A DNA stretch of 64,000 nt from Reinekea sp. Lineage in GTDB: Bacteria > Pseudomonadota > Gammaproteobacteria > Pseudomonadales > Natronospirillaceae. The stretch is taken from contig NZ_JBKEGY010000018.1 of assembly GCF_046710285.1 (NCBI RefSeq), positions 1,904 through 65,903 of the forward strand, read 5' to 3'. The translations under genes and the position numbers were made by a program. Each line of letters starts with the position of its first letter. Within the stretch, counting starts at the first letter, position 1. This document shows positions 28,796-39,700 of this stretch, piece by piece. The notes beneath the pieces are model-generated. The model had not been told where the DNA came from. It did not search any database and saw nothing but the letters and a program-made list of their open reading frames with translations.

Positions 28796-30256
28796 ATGAA
28801 ATTTGTTGTTAAGTTCTTCCCTGAAATCACCATAAAGACAAAGCCTGTTCGTAAATTGCTCACTAAGCAATTAGGACAAAATATTCGTAATGTACTCGTG
28901 AAAGTCACGAGCGAGTCTAAAATGCGCAATTTGTGGGATTCCATTGAAGTCTGGACACCAGATGAAGCCAGTGACGCGGTCAATGATAGTGTCTATGGTG
29001 CCTTGGCCTGCATTCCTGGAATTGCACATATCAACAGGGTTATTGAGTTCCCATTGGTCGATTTAGATCAATTGGTTGAAGACACCTTGAGTGTGTGGTC
29101 AGAAGCCTTAGCGGGCAAAACCTTCGTCGTTCGAGCTAAGCGAACCGGACAGCATGACTTTACCTCCGTTGAGTTAGAGCGTTACGTAGGCGGTGGTTTA
29201 AACCAGCGTTCAGACGCGAAAGGTGTCGATCTGCACAACCCCGAAGTCACCGTCGGGATCGAAGTTCGTGATAAGCGAGTATTTGTTATTGACCAACGTC
29301 GTGAGGGTTTAGGTGGGTTTCCATTAGGAACTGCCGGTACAACCGTAACCTTAGTGAGTGGTGGTTTCGATTCAACGGTTGCCACTTATCAAATTATTCG
29401 TCGAGGTATTAAAACTCACTTTCTATTTTTTAACTTAGGTGGAGTCGCGCACGAAAATAGTGTTAAGGAAGTTATTTATTATCTATGGAAAAAATACGGC
29501 AGTTCTCATCGAGTTAAATTTGTCTCTGTACCGTTTGAAGGGGTTGTCGAGGGTATTCTTGATGAAGTTGAAGATCGGTATATGGGCGTAGTTCTAAAGC
29601 GAATGATGATGCGTGCGGCCAATAAAGTGAGCGATAAAATTGGTACCGATGCCTATGTGACTGGCGAGGCCATTGCTCAGGTGTCTAGTCAGACCATGAT
29701 GAATCAACGTTTAATTGATGATGTAACCGATAGAATGGTCATTCGCCCACTGGCCGTTACCGACAAACAGACCATTGTTGATCTTGCGCGCCATATTGGT
29801 GCAGCTAGCTTTGTTGAGAGAATTCCAGAATATTGTGGCGTTATTTCACGTAAACCCAACGCAGCATGTAAAAAAGCCGATGTTGAGCAGGCGGAAACAA
29901 CCTTTGATTTCAACTTACTCGATCAAGCGTTAGAGGCTGCAAAAGTAGAATCTATTGATACGATGGATTGGCAATCAACTGAAGACATGGATCGTGACAT
30001 CAATGTCAAAGTTAATCGTGATACGGCGATTATTATTGATGTACGGCACCCGAATGAGGTTGAGCAGGGTGAGTTTACAATTGAAGGCCATGAAGTGATA
30101 AACATGCCGTTTTACAGTATTAATAAACGCTTTGTTGAATTAGATCCGAGTAAAGATTATTTATTGTATTGTGATAAAGGTGTCATGAGCAAAATGCACG
30201 CCTTGCACTTAAGTGACGCTGGCTTTAAAAATGTAGGTGTTTACCATAACGATTGA
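28796..30256 (+). CDS. thiI: tRNA 4-thiouridine(8) synthase ThiI with C-terminal rhodanese domain
   Basis: MKFVVKFFPEITIKTKPVR (ferredoxin-like/THUMP domains), the PP-loop LVSGGFDSTVA, and a C-terminal rhodanese domain with YCDKGVMS. Confidence 0.95.
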   Translation: MKFVVKFFPEITIKTKPVRKLLTKQLGQNIRNVLVKVTSESKMRNLWDSIEVWTPDEASDAVNDSVYGALACIPGIAHINRVIEFPLVDLDQLVEDTLSVWSEALAGKTFVVRAKRTGQHDFTSVELERYVGGGLNQRSDAKGVDLHNPEVTVGIEVRDKRVFVIDQRREGLGGFPLGTAGTTVTLVSGGFDSTVATYQIIRRGIKTHFLFFNLGGVAHENSVKEVIYYLWKKYGSSHRVKFVSVPFEGVVEGILDEVEDRYMGVVLKRMMMRAANKVSDKIGTDAYVTGEAIAQVSSQTMMNQRLIDDVTDRMVIRPLAVTDKQTIVDLARHIGAASFVERIPEYCGVISRKPNAACKKADVEQAETTFDFNLLDQALEAAKVESIDTMDWQSTEDMDRDINVKVNRDTAIIIDVRHPNEVEQGEFTIEGHEVINMPFYSINKRFVELDPSKDYLLYCDKGVMSKMHALHLSDAGFKNVGVYHND

Positions 30257-30258
30257 AG

Positions 30259-33009
30259 TTAATCGGCTATGGTAAAGCCATTCTTCTTATGATGTTTGCG
30301 CCAGTAAAGTGCTTGATCTGCACGGGTATAGAGGGTGTCGAAATCGTCGCCGTGTTTCGGGTAAAGTGACACGCCCATAGACGCAGTTGAGACAAACTCT
30401 TGATCTCGCCACTTAACCGGCTCCCCAAGACTATTTAAAATTTTCTGCGCGAAGGCATTAATGTCTTCTTGGTTATCTAGCCTTGCAATAATAACAAACT
30501 CATCACCGCCCAAGCGAGAAACAGTATCGTTAGTCCTAACATTACTGATAAAGCGACATGAGAGCTCTTTTAATAGTGCGTCGCCGGCTGGGTGACCGAA
30601 CTGGTCGTTAATCTGCTTGAAATTATCTAAATCTACAACGATAAGCGCCACAACTTTGTTATCACGCCTCGCTTGGCTGGTTGTTTGGTGGAATCGGTCA
30701 GCCAGTAGAAGTCTGTTGGGTAATTGAGTTAACGGATCGTGAAAGGCAAGCTGTTGATAAATATGTTTATCAGACTCAAGCGACTTTTCTTTTTGTTTGA
30801 AATCTGAAATATCCTGAACCGCACCGTAAAGGTACTTTTTACTGCTGCCGGTTTCATAACCTGTTTGCGCGCTCACTCTGATCCAACGTTCGGGAATAAA
30901 GCCAGACAGTTTTAACTCCAGTTCTTGATGCGTGTCGGTTTTAAACGCTGTATTTACTTTCTCAAATACTAACGTTTCTGAATCTGGGTCGAGCACTTTT
31001 GAAATACTTTTTACAGTCAAATTATAGGAAGTTGGTATAGATAAGATGCGAAACGTTTCATCGGTGAAAATAAACTCTTGTTTTTCAACATTTAGTTCCC
31101 AGCCCCCTACGCGTGACATACGGCTGGTTTGACGTAAAAGGTTTTGAGAATGCTCGAGCTTTTTAACCGTTTGCCGAAAGGCAGTGATATCTCGAATAAT
31201 CACCCAACTGCCGATAAGCTCGCCAGTGGGGCCCTTCATGCCACTGGCACGTATACTAATTCTTATATGTTCTCGATTTTTGTTGATGATTTCTTTTTCA
31301 AGAATATCGCTATAACCGCGTTTAACAACCTGTTCAATCATTAAGGCATCGACTTCCTCCCAGCCTGGAGGGGTGAAGTCTCTGAAGTTGAAATTACGCA
31401 GCTCTTCATGGCTATAGCCGATTAATTCGAGATAGGCTTTATTTGCATATTGAATTTCATCGTTAGGCGACCATAGGGCAATGGCATCAAAGCTGTTAGA
31501 AAATAATGAGCGAAAGCGATGTTCGCTCTCGGCCAGACTATCGACTAAACGGTCGCGCAATTTATTATCGCGCGAGATAGACCATACGCCTTCAGGTTCA
31601 CCACTTTCAGAACGAATTAGAACAGTTCTGATCGAAACGGGAACCATTTCACCGGCTGATGAAATAAAGTTCTTAGCATAAACATCAGAGTAACCTCTAG
31701 TGAGTAGTTGGTCTCGAAAAACAGACTCTTCACGGTGAATATCTTCTTGAGGTGTGAGTTCTTTGTAGTTCATGCCAACTAACTCTTCTGCACTGCGACC
31801 TACCATGTCGCAGAAGGCTTTATTGGCTACTTCAAAGGTACCGCTAAAATTTGAATAAGCGATTGCATCAATAGACCGTTCTAATAGCAGGTCGAAGCGC
31901 TTTTTTTGCCGGCGATATTGTTTCTCTTGAGCTGAAATAGGATGAACAATACTCCATGCGCCATTATATTCATCTTTCTCTGAATAATGTGGAAATAGTT
32001 GAACAGATACACTAATTGTAGTGCCATCTGCACGTTGCAACTTTTTCTCAAAAGGTTCAGCAAAGCCTGTTTCGATGAAATGATTTACCTGCTCGGGAGG
32101 GAGTTCGAAGCTGTTTCTGGCGTTGAAATGGGCGAAGTGACGGCCAATAACTTGGTCGCGTTCATAGCCTAATATTTTTGCAAATTGCTCATTGATTTCT
32201 ATATAAGTACCTTGCAAATTGGCTAAAGCAATGCCGTCTCTATTATTGTCGAAAAGGGCTTTAAAATGCGACAAGGTCGCGTTTAGTTTTTGCTGCAACT
32301 GGGTTGCGTGTGTTAAATCTGAAATAAAACACCAAAAAAACAATTGGTTGCCAATATCAAATGGCGTAACGCTAATGGAGACGTTAGTTTGTTCTCCCAA
32401 CGTGCTTTTCAAAATACCAGTCGTGGTGAGCTTCTTCGTATCAGTCAACCATCTCGAAAACGGTCCACTCACTTGTAAAACTTCATCAATACTTAAAAAC
32501 CCAGGCTGAAACGTACTTAGCCCCGTCAGCCGATTAAAAGCTTTATTGGTTGAAAGTATATTCATAGATTCATTGAATAAAATAACACCATCACTGGAAT
32601 CATTAAATAACTGTAACCAGCCTCGCTGAGGCAAGGTTGCCTCTAGAGCATTTTCAGGTGCGAGTTTAAGTTGGTAGCCAACAACTTGGTTATCGTTGAA
32701 TAATTTCTTAACGTAAAATGACGCGAAATTTTTAAAGCAACTGGTGCAGCCTAATACTGAAATATCACCTTGAACTAACCACTCTTTTTGGTGGTGAGTG
32801 GCTGTTGTTAACCAGTCTAAAGAGGGTTCAGTATCATCATTTGCGACTAGAAAGGGTTGCCCGATTAGGCTATTGCTATTGATGGCAATTTGCTGCGCAA
32901 GAATATTACTGACGGCCTGAATACTGCCGTCATTTGAACAAAGGATCGCCAAGCTGTCGCTGTTAGCGAAAGCACTTTGGTAGAGTGACTGACCATCATC
33001 CTCTGGCAT
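30259..33009 (-). CDS. Multi-PAS diguanylate cyclase (GGDEF)
   Basis: 916 aa with several PAS/PAC repeats, then a GGDEF domain with intact RLGGDEF and an RxxD I-site (RTND, 5 residues upstream). There is no EAL domain. Confidence 0.93.
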   Translation of the reverse strand: MPEDDGQSLYQSAFANSDSLAILCSNDGSIQAVSNILAQQIAINSNSLIGQPFLVANDDTEPSLDWLTTATHHQKEWLVQGDISVLGCTSCFKNFASFYVKKLFNDNQVVGYQLKLAPENALEATLPQRGWLQLFNDSSDGVILFNESMNILSTNKAFNRLTGLSTFQPGFLSIDEVLQVSGPFSRWLTDTKKLTTTGILKSTLGEQTNVSISVTPFDIGNQLFFWCFISDLTHATQLQQKLNATLSHFKALFDNNRDGIALANLQGTYIEINEQFAKILGYERDQVIGRHFAHFNARNSFELPPEQVNHFIETGFAEPFEKKLQRADGTTISVSVQLFPHYSEKDEYNGAWSIVHPISAQEKQYRRQKKRFDLLLERSIDAIAYSNFSGTFEVANKAFCDMVGRSAEELVGMNYKELTPQEDIHREESVFRDQLLTRGYSDVYAKNFISSAGEMVPVSIRTVLIRSESGEPEGVWSISRDNKLRDRLVDSLAESEHRFRSLFSNSFDAIALWSPNDEIQYANKAYLELIGYSHEELRNFNFRDFTPPGWEEVDALMIEQVVKRGYSDILEKEIINKNREHIRISIRASGMKGPTGELIGSWVIIRDITAFRQTVKKLEHSQNLLRQTSRMSRVGGWELNVEKQEFIFTDETFRILSIPTSYNLTVKSISKVLDPDSETLVFEKVNTAFKTDTHQELELKLSGFIPERWIRVSAQTGYETGSSKKYLYGAVQDISDFKQKEKSLESDKHIYQQLAFHDPLTQLPNRLLLADRFHQTTSQARRDNKVVALIVVDLDNFKQINDQFGHPAGDALLKELSCRFISNVRTNDTVSRLGGDEFVIIARLDNQEDINAFAQKILNSLGEPVKWRDQEFVSTASMGVSLYPKHGDDFDTLYTRADQALYWRKHHKKNGFTIAD

Positions 33010-33038
33010 TCGGTGATCCTACTATTTATTTGACCAAC

Positions 33039-33485
33039 TTAGTTAGTCGTTGCATTCTCTGCTTCGGCCTTATTTTGGGCATACAGCGCATCAAAATTTA
33101 CCGGCGCGAGCATTAATGCGGGGAAACTGCCTTTTACGACTAAAGCGTCGACTGCTTCACGTGCATACGGGAACAAAATATTAGGGCAGTACGCACCTAG
33201 CATTTGATCGCGATTCTCATCTGGAAAACCAGCTAGTGTGAAAATACCACCTTGTTGAACTTCACATAAAAAAGCGCTTTCTTCTTCAATTTTTGCAGCC
33301 ACGGTTAAGGTTAGCACAACCTCATAAACGCCTTCGTCTAGTTGACGAGTTTGCGTATTTAAGTCTAGCTTAACTTGAGGCTTCCATTCTTTGCGAAAAA
33401 CGCCAGGGGAGTTTGGGCTTTCAAATGAAACATCTTTTAGATATAAGCGCTGAATGCCAAATTGTGGTTGTTGCTGTTCCGTCAT
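33039..33485 (-). CDS. secB: Protein-export chaperone SecB
   Basis: [19 protein letters not shown]...[11 protein letters not shown]...[13 protein letters not shown]. Confidence 0.95.
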   Translation of the reverse strand: MTEQQQPQFGIQRLYLKDVSFESPNSPGVFRKEWKPQVKLDLNTQTRQLDEGVYEVVLTLTVAAKIEEESAFLCEVQQGGIFTLAGFPDENRDQMLGAYCPNILFPYAREAVDALVVKGSFPALMLAPVNFDALYAQNKAEAENATTN

Positions 33486-33707
33486 GGTGACTTCCTATTT
33501 TTATATTGTATTTACTATTGCGTAGCAGGCAATAAGGGTTGTGTTAAATGTAAATAACTAACGCAAGCAAGTATTAGGCGCTGTCGTAGTCAAAGTAATA
33601 GAATGATCGATATCTTTTTAGACCTAGATCATGCAAACCCTGAGTTTTGAGCATTGTGCCTGTAATTCGCGGCGTGTTTTGTTAATTATTGTTTAAATTA
33701 CACGAAA

Positions 33708-33968
33708 TTATGCTTGGGCAAGTAAGGCATCTAGCTTGCCCGCACGTTCTAAGGCATATAATTCATCACAGCCGCCGACATGTTGCGCTCCAATCCAGAT
33801 TTGCGGCACTGTAAATTGTCCGCTTTCTGTGATCATTTTTTGTCGAATTTCAGGTTCGCCATCGACTAATATTTCATCAAAGGCAACCTGTTTAGAGGCT
33901 AGGAGCTGTTTTGCCCGAACACAAAACGGGCACCAGCTAGATGAGTACAACTTAACGGTTGCTGTCAT
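33708..33968 (-). CDS. grxC: Glutaredoxin 3
   Basis: 86 aa with the CPFC active site, TVPQIWIG and GGCDEL. Confidence 0.93.
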   Translation of the reverse strand: MTATVKLYSSSWCPFCVRAKQLLASKQVAFDEILVDGEPEIRQKMITESGQFTVPQIWIGAQHVGGCDELYALERAGKLDALLAQA

Positions 33969-33982
33969 GTGGACACCTTCGA

Positions 33983-34402
33983 CTATTTCTTAATTAAAGG
34001 TAGGCTGCTGCTTTGCCATTCTAAAATACCACCGCGCATTTTAAAGAGCGAAGAGAAGCCTTCTTTGGCAAGAACTGCACCGGTTGCGCCAGCCGTTGTG
34101 CCGGTTTTACAAATTAGGATAATCGGCTGGTCTTTAAATGGCTCTAACTCACCTATGCGCTTTTGAACATCACGGGCGGGGATGTTAATAGCATTAGGTA
34201 AGTGGCCTTTATTGAATTCGTCTTTTGTACGAATATCGATCACTTTCGCATCTTCATTGTTAATTTTTTGCGTAACTTGTTGAGGTGAAAGCGCTTGGCC
34301 ACCGCGGGCACCCTCGGTTTTCATAAGCAACAATGCTAAGCCAACCCACACTAATGTAAGTATCCAATGGTTCACCACAAATTCCAAAGCTTTTTCTAAC
34401 AT
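33983..34402 (-). CDS. Membrane-anchored rhodanese-domain protein (YibN-like)
   Basis: An N-terminal transmembrane segment is followed by a rhodanese fold (IDIRTKDEFNKGHLPNAINIP, ILICKTGTTAG). The position upstream of grxC-secB matches enteric yibN. Confidence 0.85.
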   Translation of the reverse strand: MLEKALEFVVNHWILTLVWVGLALLLMKTEGARGGQALSPQQVTQKINNEDAKVIDIRTKDEFNKGHLPNAINIPARDVQKRIGELEPFKDQPIILICKTGTTAGATGAVLAKEGFSSLFKMRGGILEWQSSSLPLIKK

Positions 34403-34609
34403 GTGTCAATCTCTAGACGATAAAAAAGATGCCGCAGTATACACAAGCTCGTCCTTTCTAACACCTGTCTTAATGCTTAAAATTCGTTCAAATAGATGTG
34501 TTTGAGATCAATAATTAGTGCTTTTACGAAAATTCGACTCGCAGTTTGGCGCCGTATCAGTACACTATTGTGTAATTTTCCTACATTTTTGGTTTAAGGA
34601 GCATGGATC

Positions 34610-36154
34610 ATGGCAAAAGGTAAAACAGCTGTATTATTGATACTGGACGGGTTTGGCTACAGTGAAACGTCAAAATCAAACGCAATTGAGCTAGCAAATA
34701 TGCCAGTTTGGGATCGTTTGTGGTCTCAATACCCGCATAGCCTAATCCAAACCTCCGGCTTGGCGGTTGGCTTACCTGATGGACAGATGGGTAACTCAGA
34801 AGTTGGACATATGAACCTCGGCGCAGGTCGTACAGTTTACCAACAATTAACTCGTATCACTAAAGCCATAAAAGATGGTGATTTTTTTGAAAACCCAGTT
34901 CTGACTAATGCTGTGGATGCATCTATTAAAACTGGCGGTGCAGTTCATATAATGGGGTTGTTGTCACCCGGTGGCGTTCACTCTCACGAAGACCATCTAC
35001 ACGCTATGGTCGATTTAGCTGTTCAACGTGGTGCGAATAAAATTTACGTTCACGCATTCCTAGATGGTCGCGATACACCACCTCGAAGTGCGATGCCTTC
35101 TATTGAGGCGCTTGAAGCTAAATTAGAGAAGTTAGGCGTTGGTGGCGTTGTATCGTTAATTGGTCGTTACTATGCGATGGACCGAGATAACCGTTGGGAG
35201 CGAGTGCAAAGTGCATACGACCTTCTTTTTAAGGGTACCGCGGATATTGTTGCCAGCACACCGATGGATGCACTTCATGCTGCATACGAGCAGGATAAAG
35301 ACGATGAGTTTATGCCGGCGTCTTCAATTCGGGCAGATTCGACAGCACCGATCACCATAAATGATGGCGACTCGGTAGTGTTTATGAACTTCCGACCTGA
35401 CCGAGCTCGTGAGTTAGCACGAGCTATCATTGATGATGATTTAGTTTCGGAACTTGATCGTTCGGTACGCCCTAAGTTAGCTAGCTTTGTGACCTTAACC
35501 GAATACGCTGGCAATATACCTTGTGAAGTCGCTTATCCACCAGAAGACTTGACCAATACCCTTGGTGAGGTGATTGAAAAGCGTGGTGGAAAGCAACTGC
35601 GCATCGCAGAAACTGAAAAGTATGCCCACGTGACATTCTTTTTCAGTGGCGGGCAAGAAGAAGAGTTCGAAGGTGAGAAGCGCATCTTGATCCCTTCGCC
35701 CAAGGTTGCAACCTATGATTTACAGCCAGAAATGAGTGCACCTGAAGTCACTAAAAACTTAGTTGAAGCAATCGCCTCTAAAGAGTTCGATTTAATCGTT
35801 TGTAACTACGCCAATGGCGATATGGTGGGACACACTGGGAACTTAGACGCCGCAATTAAAGCCGTAGAAGCACTGGATGTTGCCATCGGCGCAGTAACCA
35901 ACGCAGCTCTAGAAGCTGACGCTGAAGTACTTATTACGGCAGACCATGGTAATGTAGAGCTCATGGTCGACCCTAAAACAGGTGGCGCAGTCACCAGCCA
36001 TACTGTTTGTCCTGTACCTCTGGTCTATGTTTCAAATGGCAACACAGGCGCCACTTTAAGTGAAGGTGCCTTATGCGACATAGCGCCAACGCTGCTGTCC
36101 ATAATGGGTGATGAAATCCCGGCAGAAATGACCGGTAAAAGCTTAATAAGCTAA
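34610..36154 (+). CDS. gpmI: 2,3-bisphosphoglycerate-independent phosphoglycerate mutase
   Basis: [32 protein letters not shown]; 514 aa. Confidence 0.96.
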   Translation: MAKGKTAVLLILDGFGYSETSKSNAIELANMPVWDRLWSQYPHSLIQTSGLAVGLPDGQMGNSEVGHMNLGAGRTVYQQLTRITKAIKDGDFFENPVLTNAVDASIKTGGAVHIMGLLSPGGVHSHEDHLHAMVDLAVQRGANKIYVHAFLDGRDTPPRSAMPSIEALEAKLEKLGVGGVVSLIGRYYAMDRDNRWERVQSAYDLLFKGTADIVASTPMDALHAAYEQDKDDEFMPASSIRADSTAPITINDGDSVVFMNFRPDRARELARAIIDDDLVSELDRSVRPKLASFVTLTEYAGNIPCEVAYPPEDLTNTLGEVIEKRGGKQLRIAETEKYAHVTFFFSGGQEEEFEGEKRILIPSPKVATYDLQPEMSAPEVTKNLVEAIASKEFDLIVCNYANGDMVGHTGNLDAAIKAVEALDVAIGAVTNAALEADAEVLITADHGNVELMVDPKTGGAVTSHTVCPVPLVYVSNGNTGATLSEGALCDIAPTLLSIMGDEIPAEMTGKSLIS

Positions 36155-36173
36155 TTGTCAGTGCTTAATTGAA

Positions 36174-36222
36174 GTTGAGGTGCTGTTAAAAAGAGATTAT
36201 TCCTGTTTTTACAGTACCTCAG
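36174..36222. repeat. Short ('stem-only') member of the palindromic element family; possible gpmI terminator
   Basis: GTTGAGGTGCTGTTAAAAAG...CTGTTTTTACAGTACCTCAGC has the same terminal arms as the elements at 43.2, 46.7 and 51.0 kb but only ~15 nt between them. The single arm mismatch reads as G-U on the plus-strand RNA. Confidence 0.7.
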
Positions 36223-36325
36223 CATTATCGCCAGCCCCCTAATGCTGCTTATTAAACGGCAATGATATGTGCTCTATCCACACCCTGCCTGTTTCTTGCT
36301 ACTATGCGTCTTCCATATTTATTTG

Positions 36326-37483
36326 ATGACTTTTGTGACTTACATCTCCCGCTTTATTTTATGTCTTACGCTAGTTTTTTGCGCGGTATACTCGTTTGCT
36401 GATGACGTTGCTGATCAAAAAAAGAAGCTCGATGCGTTAAATAAAGAGCTACAGGCGCTGCAAAGTGACTTAAGTAAAAAACAAAAAGACTTATCAGAGC
36501 AACAAAAGGCACTCAAAAAAGTTGAGACGGATATTGGCTTCGTGGCTAAAAAAGTAACTCAGCTAGGTAACCAAATAAAGCAACTAAATGTTGATATAAA
36601 GACTAACGAAGCGGCAATGGTTGAGTTAAATACCCAGTTGGCTGCTAAAAATGAGACAATATCTGCTATTTTACGCCTTGCTTACACGCAAAATAACCAG
36701 CCACTTATTAAACTTCTTTTAACGGGCAGTCGCCCTGAAGACTACGCACGACAGCTGTATTATTTTTCTATTCTAACCGATTACCAACAACAAACCCTAG
36801 CAGTTTGGCTTGAGCAAAAGCAAAAACTTGCGGAGTTGAATGAACGGACAGTAAAGCAGCGTGATACCTTAGTTGCACAAAATGAAGCGCTATTAGAGCA
36901 GACCAAAACATTGCAGTCGCAAAAGAATAAACGTGCGCAGGTGCTTGCTAATTTGGCCGATGAACTGGTCAGTACAGAAAAGCAAATTGAGCGTAAAGTC
37001 ACGGAGCGAGCGGAGCTATCGCAATTAATTACCGACTTGCAAGAAAAGCTCGATGCCTTTAGCTTAGAGTTTCCCGATGCTGAGGATATTCGTAAATTAA
37101 AAGGCAAATTGGCTTGGCCAGTCAACGGCAAGTTATTAAACGGCTATAATAAGGTTATAGACGATAGTAATTTGAAATGGCAGGGTTTGACCTTAGCTGC
37201 TTCGGCCGGAACCCCAGTTCGGGTGGTTCAGAGTGGGCAAGTTGTATTTGCTGATTTCTTTAGAACACACGGGCTGTTGATGATTGTCGATCATGGTAAT
37301 GGTGTCATGACCTTGTATGGCCGTAATCAGTCCTTATTAAAAGAAGTAGGCAGTTGGGTCGATACAGGTGAGGTGATCGCAGAAGTAGGGCAATCAGGTG
37401 GACACAGTCAAACCGGGCTCTATTTTGAAATACGTAATAATGGCCAGCCCGAAAACCCTTCGGTGTGGCTTAAAAAGAGGTAA
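36326..37483 (+). CDS. envC: Murein hydrolase activator EnvC (coiled-coil + degenerate M23/LytM domain)
   Basis: A signal/transmembrane segment and a long coiled coil (KKKLDALNKELQALQSDLSKKQKDL...) are followed by a C-terminal LytM domain (GLLMIVDHGNGVMTLYG, GLYFEIRNNGQPENP). Start placed at the ATG at 36326. Confidence 0.85.
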   Translation: MTFVTYISRFILCLTLVFCAVYSFADDVADQKKKLDALNKELQALQSDLSKKQKDLSEQQKALKKVETDIGFVAKKVTQLGNQIKQLNVDIKTNEAAMVELNTQLAAKNETISAILRLAYTQNNQPLIKLLLTGSRPEDYARQLYYFSILTDYQQQTLAVWLEQKQKLAELNERTVKQRDTLVAQNEALLEQTKTLQSQKNKRAQVLANLADELVSTEKQIERKVTERAELSQLITDLQEKLDAFSLEFPDAEDIRKLKGKLAWPVNGKLLNGYNKVIDDSNLKWQGLTLAASAGTPVRVVQSGQVVFADFFRTHGLLMIVDHGNGVMTLYGRNQSLLKEVGSWVDTGEVIAEVGQSGGHSQTGLYFEIRNNGQPENPSVWLKKR

Positions 37484-37531
37484 TGCGCCTTGAATGAACA
37501 AAACCAAACATCAGATGTTAAAGGAACCGTT

Positions 37532-38839
37532 ATGAGATTAATAAGAAACCCGTGGCTTACCGCAACCACTGCATTGGTCATTGGTATTGCCGTGGGGTTA
37601 ACCTCACAAGTTCAGGCTGAAAATGAAGCACGTCTGCCTATAGATGAAGTTCGCTTGATGTCACAAATTTTAGAGCGCATCAAACAATCTTACGTTGAAG
37701 AAGTAACCGATGAAGAGCTATTTGAATCTGCCATCGAAGGCATGCTGTCTGGTTTAGACCCTCATTCAGATTACTTAACTCCAGATGACTTCAAAGAGCT
37801 GCGCGAAAGTACGAGTGGTGAATTCGGTGGCTTAGGGATTGAAATTGTCCTTGATGAAACTGGCTATGTTCGTGTCGTTGCACCTATAGATGATACACCT
37901 GCTTATCGTGCTGGCATGCAATCGGGTGACTTAATTACCAAAATTGATGACACTCCAGTAAAAGGCATGACCATTAACGATGCTGTCACCTTGATGCGCG
38001 GAAAACCGAAAACCGATATCGTACTAACTATTGCCAGAGACGGCGAAAATGGCCCGATAGAAGTCGAAATTACACGCGACATCATTAAAATTACTTCGGT
38101 ACGTTCGCGTATGCTTGAAGATGGCTACGGTTATGTTCGTATCTCCCAGTTTCAAGAGCGAACAGGCCCAGATTTTATTACGGCAATAAAGTCTTTGCGT
38201 GAAGATGCCGATGGTGACTTGAAAGGCATGGTTCTGGACCTTCGTAATAACCCAGGCGGTGTGTTACAAGCTTCTGTCGATGTAGTCGATGCGTTAATCA
38301 GTGAAGGGCTTATTGTTTACACTGAAGGCCGTGCTGCTAACTCAGATAGCCGATTCAATGCACGCAGCAGTGATCCAAGCGAAGGCGTAAATTTGGTTGT
38401 TCTTATTAACGGTGGTTCAGCCAGTGCATCTGAAATTGTTGCCGGTGCCGTGCAAGACCATAAGCGTGGCCTAATTATGGGGACACAATCTTTTGGTAAG
38501 GGCAGTGTACAAACCATTTTACCTTTAGATAAAGACCATGCCATTAAGCTCACCACTGCTCGCTATTACACGCCAAGTGGCCGTTCAATTCAGGCTCAAG
38601 GAATCGTTCCTGATGTGATCGTTAAGCCCGGTAAATTAACTCAGCAAGACGGTGACCCTTATTACAAAGAATCTGATTTAGCCGGCTCGTTGAATAACAC
38701 TCAAACGACAGACGATGAACAGTCTGAAGCTGAAGCAGATAAAGAAGTTGAAGAAGAAAACCTTGCTGAGCGTGATTACCAGCTTTACCAAGCGCTAACA
38801 ATGCTTAAGGGTATTGCCTTTTTTAATGCAGCTAAATAA
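37532..38839 (+). CDS. ctpA: S41-family carboxy-terminal processing protease
   Basis: A PDZ domain (GLGIEIVLDETGYVRVVAPIDDTPAYRAGMQSGDLI) plus an S41 catalytic region (LDLRNNPGG, GSASASEIVAGAVQD, SFGKGSVQ). The ATG at 37532 is preceded by AAGGA. Confidence 0.9.
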   Translation: MRLIRNPWLTATTALVIGIAVGLTSQVQAENEARLPIDEVRLMSQILERIKQSYVEEVTDEELFESAIEGMLSGLDPHSDYLTPDDFKELRESTSGEFGGLGIEIVLDETGYVRVVAPIDDTPAYRAGMQSGDLITKIDDTPVKGMTINDAVTLMRGKPKTDIVLTIARDGENGPIEVEITRDIIKITSVRSRMLEDGYGYVRISQFQERTGPDFITAIKSLREDADGDLKGMVLDLRNNPGGVLQASVDVVDALISEGLIVYTEGRAANSDSRFNARSSDPSEGVNLVVLINGGSASASEIVAGAVQDHKRGLIMGTQSFGKGSVQTILPLDKDHAIKLTTARYYTPSGRSIQAQGIVPDVIVKPGKLTQQDGDPYYKESDLAGSLNNTQTTDDEQSEAEADKEVEEENLAERDYQLYQALTMLKGIAFFNAAK

Positions 38840-39596
38840 GACAATAACCAAAACAATAGCGGCGTTACTGCTAAGTAGCGCCACTATTGTTTTTGCCAAA
38901 GGAAGTATTACCTTAGTTTTGGATGATATTGGCAATCAGTACTCGGCAGGTATTGCCGCTATTGACGCGCCATTTGTGACCACGGTAGCGATTATGCCCG
39001 GCCGTCCCTATAGCCAAGAATTAGCTGAATACAGCCATAGCAACGGCATTGAAATTATTGTGCATGCGCCAATGTCGAATACTACCGATTTCCCGCTAGG
39101 CGCATTTGGATTAGACAAACGTGACGGTCGCGAGAAACTAGAGCAAAACCTAGTGTCCGCAATTGAGGGTGTACCGTATGCTATCGGCTTGTCGAATCAC
39201 ATGGGCAGTCGCTTAACGCAAGACCGACAAGCCATGCATTGGGTGATGGCTATCTTAAAACCCTATCAATTTTATTTTTTTGATAGCCAAACGGTCTCAA
39301 GCACCATTGCATGGCAAGTCGCAGATGCACATGAAATTCCCTGGGCTAGGCGGCAAGTATTTTTGGACCACCAAAAAGACAGCGATTTTCTAAATAGACA
39401 ATGGCAACAAGCCGTCAAAAAAGCTCGGCAAGGCGAAGATGTTCGGGTCATCTGCCATCCTTACCCTGAAACGGTAGCGTTCCTGAATCAACTCGACCCT
39501 TTGGATTACGTTGATATTGCCTTTTTGCCCCTTTCGGGAAAGTTGCATTACCCCATATTTGACCGAATTGATCGAAATATACCCAAAGGCACCTAA
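38826..39596 (+). CDS. yibQ: Divergent polysaccharide deacetylase family protein (YibQ-like)
   Basis: ITLVLDDIGNQ, VHAPM, GLSNHMGS and FFDSQT motifs, with the conserved position after envC/ctpA. Confidence 0.8.
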   Translation: MQLNKTITKTIAALLLSSATIVFAKGSITLVLDDIGNQYSAGIAAIDAPFVTTVAIMPGRPYSQELAEYSHSNGIEIIVHAPMSNTTDFPLGAFGLDKRDGREKLEQNLVSAIEGVPYAIGLSNHMGSRLTQDRQAMHWVMAILKPYQFYFFDSQTVSSTIAWQVADAHEIPWARRQVFLDHQKDSDFLNRQWQQAVKKARQGEDVRVICHPYPETVAFLNQLDPLDYVDIAFLPLSGKLHYPIFDRIDRNIPKGT

Positions 39597-39700
39597 ATTT
39601 AGGCCAATTTTGTTCGAATTGGTCTAAATTAAGTTGTGGTTCAGGTAAAATCTGCGAAACTTTTACAAATGAAAATAATTAAATGAATCGGGAGATCAGA

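Noticed and set aside
28619-28983. ORFs of 83 aa and 68 aa on the minus strand upstream of glnA.
   Set aside because: They overlap the thiI 5' end and the glnA sigma-54/NtrC control region, and they are AT-rich low-complexity reads with no RBS.
30256-30259. Convergent gene pairs with only 2-nt gaps and no terminator between them (thiI/GGDEF at 30256/30259, tatD/hypothetical at 41078/41081).
   Set aside because: The gaps are real in the sequence and imply overlapping 3' transcript ends, but this is common in compact genomes and there is no further supporting signal.
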